Shown here: positions 60,760-64,000 of the stretch, one piece after another
Position numbering within the stretch: the stretch's first letter is position 1
Layout: the number at the start of each line of letters is the position of its first letter
Assembly: GCA_017883135.1 (NCBI GenBank)
Contig: JADGOE010000008.1
Span: forward strand, 72 to 64,071
DNA length: 64,000 bases
Direction of reading: 5' to 3'
Origin: Acidimicrobiales bacterium
GTDB taxonomy: Bacteria; Actinomycetota; Acidimicrobiia; Acidimicrobiales; RAAP-2
The notes under the pieces: model-generated
Told to the model about the DNA's origin: nothing
Seen by the model: the letters and a program-made list of their open reading frames with translations, nothing else
Databases searched by the model: none
Program-made: the position numbers and the translations under genes

Positions 60760-60936
60760 GGCCTGAATCGGGCCCTTTGTGAACTCCAGCACAAAGGCTG
60801 TGGGACGTCATCCCTGGCCAGGGGCCGGGTTTGACCGATGGAAAACGTCCCCCTAGCCTCTCCCGTACGGCCGCTCGCCAAGGCGGTCGTTTTGCATTGA
60901 TGAGGTGGTGCGCGCATCCTGCGCATCCGGGTCGGC

Positions 60937-61707
60937 TTGGAGGAGCCGGCCCCGTCCGTCCCCCGTGGGCCGGACCTGTCCCGAAGGACCCGCTCCGGTG
61001 GAGCACGTCCCGAAGGGCAGCCGACTTCGTCCCATAAGGAGAGTGGAGTCCTGAGGACCAAACTTCGGAAGGGCAGCCGACCCGGTGTCGCGCTCCTCAT
61101 GTGCGGAGCGGTGCTGATCGTGCCGCTCCTGTTGACCCAGGGCGGTTCGGATGCGTCGGCGTCGCCGACGGCAGTCGGGCACTCGTCCCGCGCTCAGCCG
61201 GCCGGCGGTTCGCATGCCACCTCTTCCTCGGTGCCGCTGGCCTCGGTCGTCCACCCGCACACCGCCACCTATGGCGCCGGTGCCTGGCAGAGCCAGAACG
61301 TCGCCCAGGTCACGCCGACGACGGCCGCTGTCGCTGCTCCCGTCGCTCCTGCCCCGACCGCTGCGCCGGCTCGGGAAGTACTGCACCTGGTAGCGCTGTC
61401 GACGCCCCCGACCACAGCGACGACAGCGCCCCCGACCACCACCACCCTGTCGGCGGTGACCGTCCCGGTCACCGCCACTACTGGGCAGGTCACCTACTAC
61501 GACCATCCCCCGGGCAGGTGTGCCAGCCCGTGGCTGCCATTCGGAACCGTGGTCCGGGTGACCAATCCGGCCAACGGCGAGTCGGTCTCCTGCGTGGTGG
61601 ACGATCGTGAGGCGGACACCGCCCGCTCCATCGACCTGGCCACCAGCACCTTCGCCCAGATCGCCCCTCTCTCCCAGGGCGTCATCGACGCCCAGCTGAG
61701 CTGGTGA
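60937..61707 (+). CDS. Secreted RlpA-like double-psi beta-barrel (DPBB) protein; start uncertain
   Basis: The C-terminal part (GQVTYYDHPPGRCASPWLPFGTVVRVTNPANGESVSCVVDDREADTARSIDLATSTFAQIA) matches the RlpA/DPBB pattern (LPFGT.V.VTN..NG.SV...V.DR....R.IDLS...F..IA). It has a signal-anchor (KLRKGSRPGVALLMCGAVLIVPLLL) and an Ala/Pro/Thr linker. An AAGGAG at ~61036 suggests translation starts near 61051-61099 rather than at the TTG at 60937. Confidence 0.75.
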   Translation: MEEPAPSVPRGPDLSRRTRSGGARPEGQPTSSHKESGVLRTKLRKGSRPGVALLMCGAVLIVPLLLTQGGSDASASPTAVGHSSRAQPAGGSHATSSSVPLASVVHPHTATYGAGAWQSQNVAQVTPTTAAVAAPVAPAPTAAPAREVLHLVALSTPPTTATTAPPTTTTLSAVTVPVTATTGQVTYYDHPPGRCASPWLPFGTVVRVTNPANGESVSCVVDDREADTARSIDLATSTFAQIAPLSQGVIDAQLSW

Positions 61708-61904
61708 GGGCGGCCTCAGACCCCCACTGCAGACCTCCCGAGCCGCTCGGTGACGCGATCCGGGTGGCCCCCCGGGTCTTGCCGGGCCAACCTCCCTCCC
61801 CGAGCGAGTTCCGCTCTGGTGGCGACCTGCGGGCGTCGCCACGGTGGCCAAGTCAGCGGACTCGCGGTTCGGAGGCTCGTCGGCAGGCCGATTGGGGGAG
61901 GACC

Positions 61905-62495
61905 ATGATCCGCAAGTTGGTTGGAATGGCCGCGGCGTTCGCGCTGGCGGCCACGGTGTTCGCAGTGGTGGAGCCAGGGGTGAGCAGCGCCGCACCGCTG
62001 CCGTCGGCCTCGGGGACTGTCGGTTGCAAGATCGTAGGGAGCGGCAAGTTCGCCCCGAAGTTGACCCTGGCCGGTAACGCCACAGCCGTCAAGATCCACT
62101 TCAGCGCCACCAGCAACCCCACTTCCGGACCGTTGGGATGCGGTGGCTCGGCGACGATCCCCAACTCCGCGGGCACCCTGAGCCCGGTGAACGTCACGGG
62201 CGTGACCATCACCGGAGCGGGCTACCTGGTGCCGCTGGGCCCGGGAAACGCCAACAAATGTTCCGTCTTCACCGCCTCGGACACCATCGGGGTGATCAAG
62301 GTCAAGTACGTGTGGACCGCAGTGCCGGCCATCGCCCCGACCGTGCTCACCTTCACCGGGGGGACCGCACCGATCGTCTCGGGCTCTCCTTTCGACACCA
62401 TCACGCTTCCCGCCCCTAGTGGCACCTCCATCGTCGGAACCGGTTCGTTCACCCCGTCGACGTGCTCTGTGCTCCGGCCGGTGGTCCACAGGTGA
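61905..62495 (+). CDS. Secreted hypothetical protein (signal peptide, Cys-containing beta-rich domain)
   Basis: ATG at 61905 after a gggggagga SD. MIRKLVGMAAAFALAATVFAVVEPGVSSAAP looks like a Sec signal peptide. The mature part is Gly/Thr/Ser/Val-rich with 4 Cys. Confidence 0.6.
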   Translation: MIRKLVGMAAAFALAATVFAVVEPGVSSAAPLPSASGTVGCKIVGSGKFAPKLTLAGNATAVKIHFSATSNPTSGPLGCGGSATIPNSAGTLSPVNVTGVTITGAGYLVPLGPGNANKCSVFTASDTIGVIKVKYVWTAVPAIAPTVLTFTGGTAPIVSGSPFDTITLPAPSGTSIVGTGSFTPSTCSVLRPVVHR

Positions 62496-62541
62496 CCCCG
62501 GCCGGGGTAAGGGCGCATTCGGAAGGTGAGACACTGACCGG

Positions 62542-63450
62542 GTGACCCACGGCAGAGCCGAGATCCACGAGCTGCTCCTGGCCCACAACCTGCGGCCGAG
62601 CCGTGCGCTCGGCCAGAATTTCGTGGCCGACGGAAATACCGTGCGGCGCATCGCGCGCCTTGCCCCGATCACCGAGGGCAGCCAGGTCGTGGAGATCGGG
62701 GCTGGGCTCGGCTCGTTGACCCTGGCCCTGGTCGAGGCCGGCGCCCAGGTCACCGCGGTGGAGATCGACCGCCGGGTGCTTCCGGTGCTCCGCGCCCAGG
62801 TCGAGCCACACGGGGTCCGGGTGGTCGAGGCCGATGCCCTGACCATCGACTGGTCGGCGCTGCTGGGGACCGGCTCGCCGTGGTCGCTGGTGGCCAATCT
62901 GCCCTACAACGTGGCGGTGCCGCTGGTCGTCACGGTGCTGGAGGGGGCTCCCCAGGTGTCTTCGCTACTGGTGATGGTCCAGCGCGAGGTGGGGGAGCGC
63001 CTGGCCGCCGAGGCCGGGGACGAGGCCTACGGCGCGGTATCGGTGAAGGTCGCCTACTGGGCCACCGCCGCGGTGGTGGGGCGGGTGTCGGCCCAGGTGT
63101 TCATCCCGAAGCCGCGGGTGGAGTCGGTGCTGGTCCGGCTCGACCGGCACCCCGATGGACTGGGGGTCGCTGGGATGGCGCCGGGGGCGGGAGGAGCGAG
63201 GCCGGGGCCCGGTTCGCCGGCCTACGACCGTCTGTTCTCGGTGGTCCGAGGTGGGTTCGCCCACCGGCGCAAGATGTTGCGGCGGTCCCTCGACGGCCTG
63301 GTCCTGCCCGAGGCCTTCGAGGCGGTGGGCATCCGCCCCACGGCGCGGGCAGAGGAGCTCCCTCTCGACGAGTGGGTGAGCCTGGCCGCCTGGCGGCCGG
63401 AAGGCACAGCGCGGCCCGAGGGCACTGCGCAGCCGGAGGAGGGTCGGTGA
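62542..63450 (+). CDS. rsmA: 16S rRNA (adenine1518-N6/adenine1519-N6)-dimethyltransferase
   Basis: 302 aa. LGQNFVADGNTVRRI, VVEIGAGLGSLTLAL, VANLPYNVA. C-terminal low-complexity tail. Confidence 0.92.
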   Translation: MTHGRAEIHELLLAHNLRPSRALGQNFVADGNTVRRIARLAPITEGSQVVEIGAGLGSLTLALVEAGAQVTAVEIDRRVLPVLRAQVEPHGVRVVEADALTIDWSALLGTGSPWSLVANLPYNVAVPLVVTVLEGAPQVSSLLVMVQREVGERLAAEAGDEAYGAVSVKVAYWATAAVVGRVSAQVFIPKPRVESVLVRLDRHPDGLGVAGMAPGAGGARPGPGSPAYDRLFSVVRGGFAHRRKMLRRSLDGLVLPEAFEAVGIRPTARAEELPLDEWVSLAAWRPEGTARPEGTAQPEEGR

Positions 63451-64000
63451 CCGGCGGAGACGCTGGCGGAGCTGGCAGCCCGAGGTCGGGGATGCCGGTC
63501 GAGCTGACGGCACCGGCAAAGCTCACCCTGTCCCTGCGGGTGACCGGCATCCGGTCCGACGGCTATCACCTGCTCGAGTCCGAGATGGTGACGCTCGACC
63601 TGGCAGACACCCTGGTGGTGGGTCCGGGTGTCGGCCTGACCATCTTCCAGCAGTTGGGCCAGGCGGTGCTCGGCGGTGACGATCCGGACCCCGGGTCGGG
63701 GCAGGGGAGCGACATCGCTTCCGGTCCATGGGGGCCACCTGCCATCTCGACCGGCCCGGACAACCTGGTGGCCCGGGCGCTGGATGCTGTCGGTCGAAGC
63801 GCGCGAGTGCAGCTGATCAAGAGGATCCCGCCCGGCGCCGGCCTCGGCGGAGGGTCGGCCGACGCGGCAGCGATCCTGCGTTGGGCCGGCTGCACCGATC
63901 TGGGCGTGGCCGCCGGGCTTGGTGCCGACGTGCCGTTCTGCCTCACCGGAGGGAGGGCGATGGTCCGGGGCATCGGCGAGGAGCTGACGCCCCTTCCCTA
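63447..64000 (+). CDS. ispE: 4-(cytidine 5'-diphospho)-2-C-methyl-D-erythritol kinase, 3'-truncated by the window edge
   Basis: The frame is open from the GTG at 63447 (GTGA overlap with rsmA; alternative ATG at 63495) to the window end. APAKLTLSLRVTGIRSDGYHLLESEMVTLDL and IKRIPPGAGLGGGSADAAA (GHMP kinase motif). Confidence 0.85.
   Translation, partial: MTGGDAGGAGSPRSGMPVELTAPAKLTLSLRVTGIRSDGYHLLESEMVTLDLADTLVVGPGVGLTIFQQLGQAVLGGDDPDPGSGQGSDIASGPWGPPAISTGPDNLVARALDAVGRSARVQLIKRIPPGAGLGGGSADAAAILRWAGCTDLGVAAGLGADVPFCLTGGRAMVRGIGEELTPLP

Noticed and set aside
57367-60792. 1141-aa minus-strand ORF, the longest in the window, covering msrA, metG and tatD
   Set aside because: It is antisense to three genes with unmistakable catalytic motifs. 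Its translation is Arg/Pro/Gly/His-rich low-complexity sequence, typical of stop-poor shadow frames in high-GC DNA. The same reasoning applies to 23109-25631(-), 25340-28126(-), 14528-16159(-), 10496-12076(-), 16399-17967(-), 35732-37318(-), 40787-42181(-), 42894-44009(-), 48514-49926(-), 38043-39269(-) and similar ORFs.

Overview
High-G+C actinobacterial-type chromosomal segment, almost fully coding. I saw no rRNA, tRNA or CRISPR array. Bases 1-29.7 kb are a cell-envelope glycan locus made mostly of polytopic membrane proteins. It holds six paralogues of an unassigned ~650-720 aa membrane-protein family with an invariant T-C-x-C-x-D motif just after the first TM helix. It also holds four acyltransferase-3 genes (two short, two fused to SGNH domains), a GT-C-like protein with a DEDAF loop motif, and two further multi-TM proteins. 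Many of these genes are linked by 4-nt start/stop overlaps. The locus is interrupted by visibly AT-richer islets: a leaderless Fic gene at 5.2-6.4 kb, and a Fic gene plus Fic C-terminal remnant plus vapBC at 19.9-23.4 kb. Bases 29.7-32.6 kb are a small accessory islet with an IS110 transposase stub, an XRE-HTH/minimal nucleotidyltransferase pair and a divergent RelE-like/AbrB-like pair. Then follow MarR-MFS, an acyl-CoA dehydrogenase, mmsA, a soluble MgtE-N/CBS protein next to an NRAMP-related transporter with Mg-type (NRMT-like) site residues, a GT4-methyltransferase-toroid protein operon, two more methyltransferase/GT genes, and a hipBA module with three phased palindromes. Bases 48.6-64 kb are housekeeping: GT4, GDT1/UPF0016, pepN, PfkB kinase, GDPD, a 27-codon bL37-like sORF, DUF192, rsmI, msrA, metG, tatD, an RlpA-like DPBB protein, ksgA and ispE. 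This last block is syntenic with M. tuberculosis Rv1003-Rv1011. The long Arg/Pro/Gly-rich ORFs antisense to or overlapping these genes are treated as high-GC shadow ORFs. Start codons are often uncertain, since GTG/TTG starts are common.
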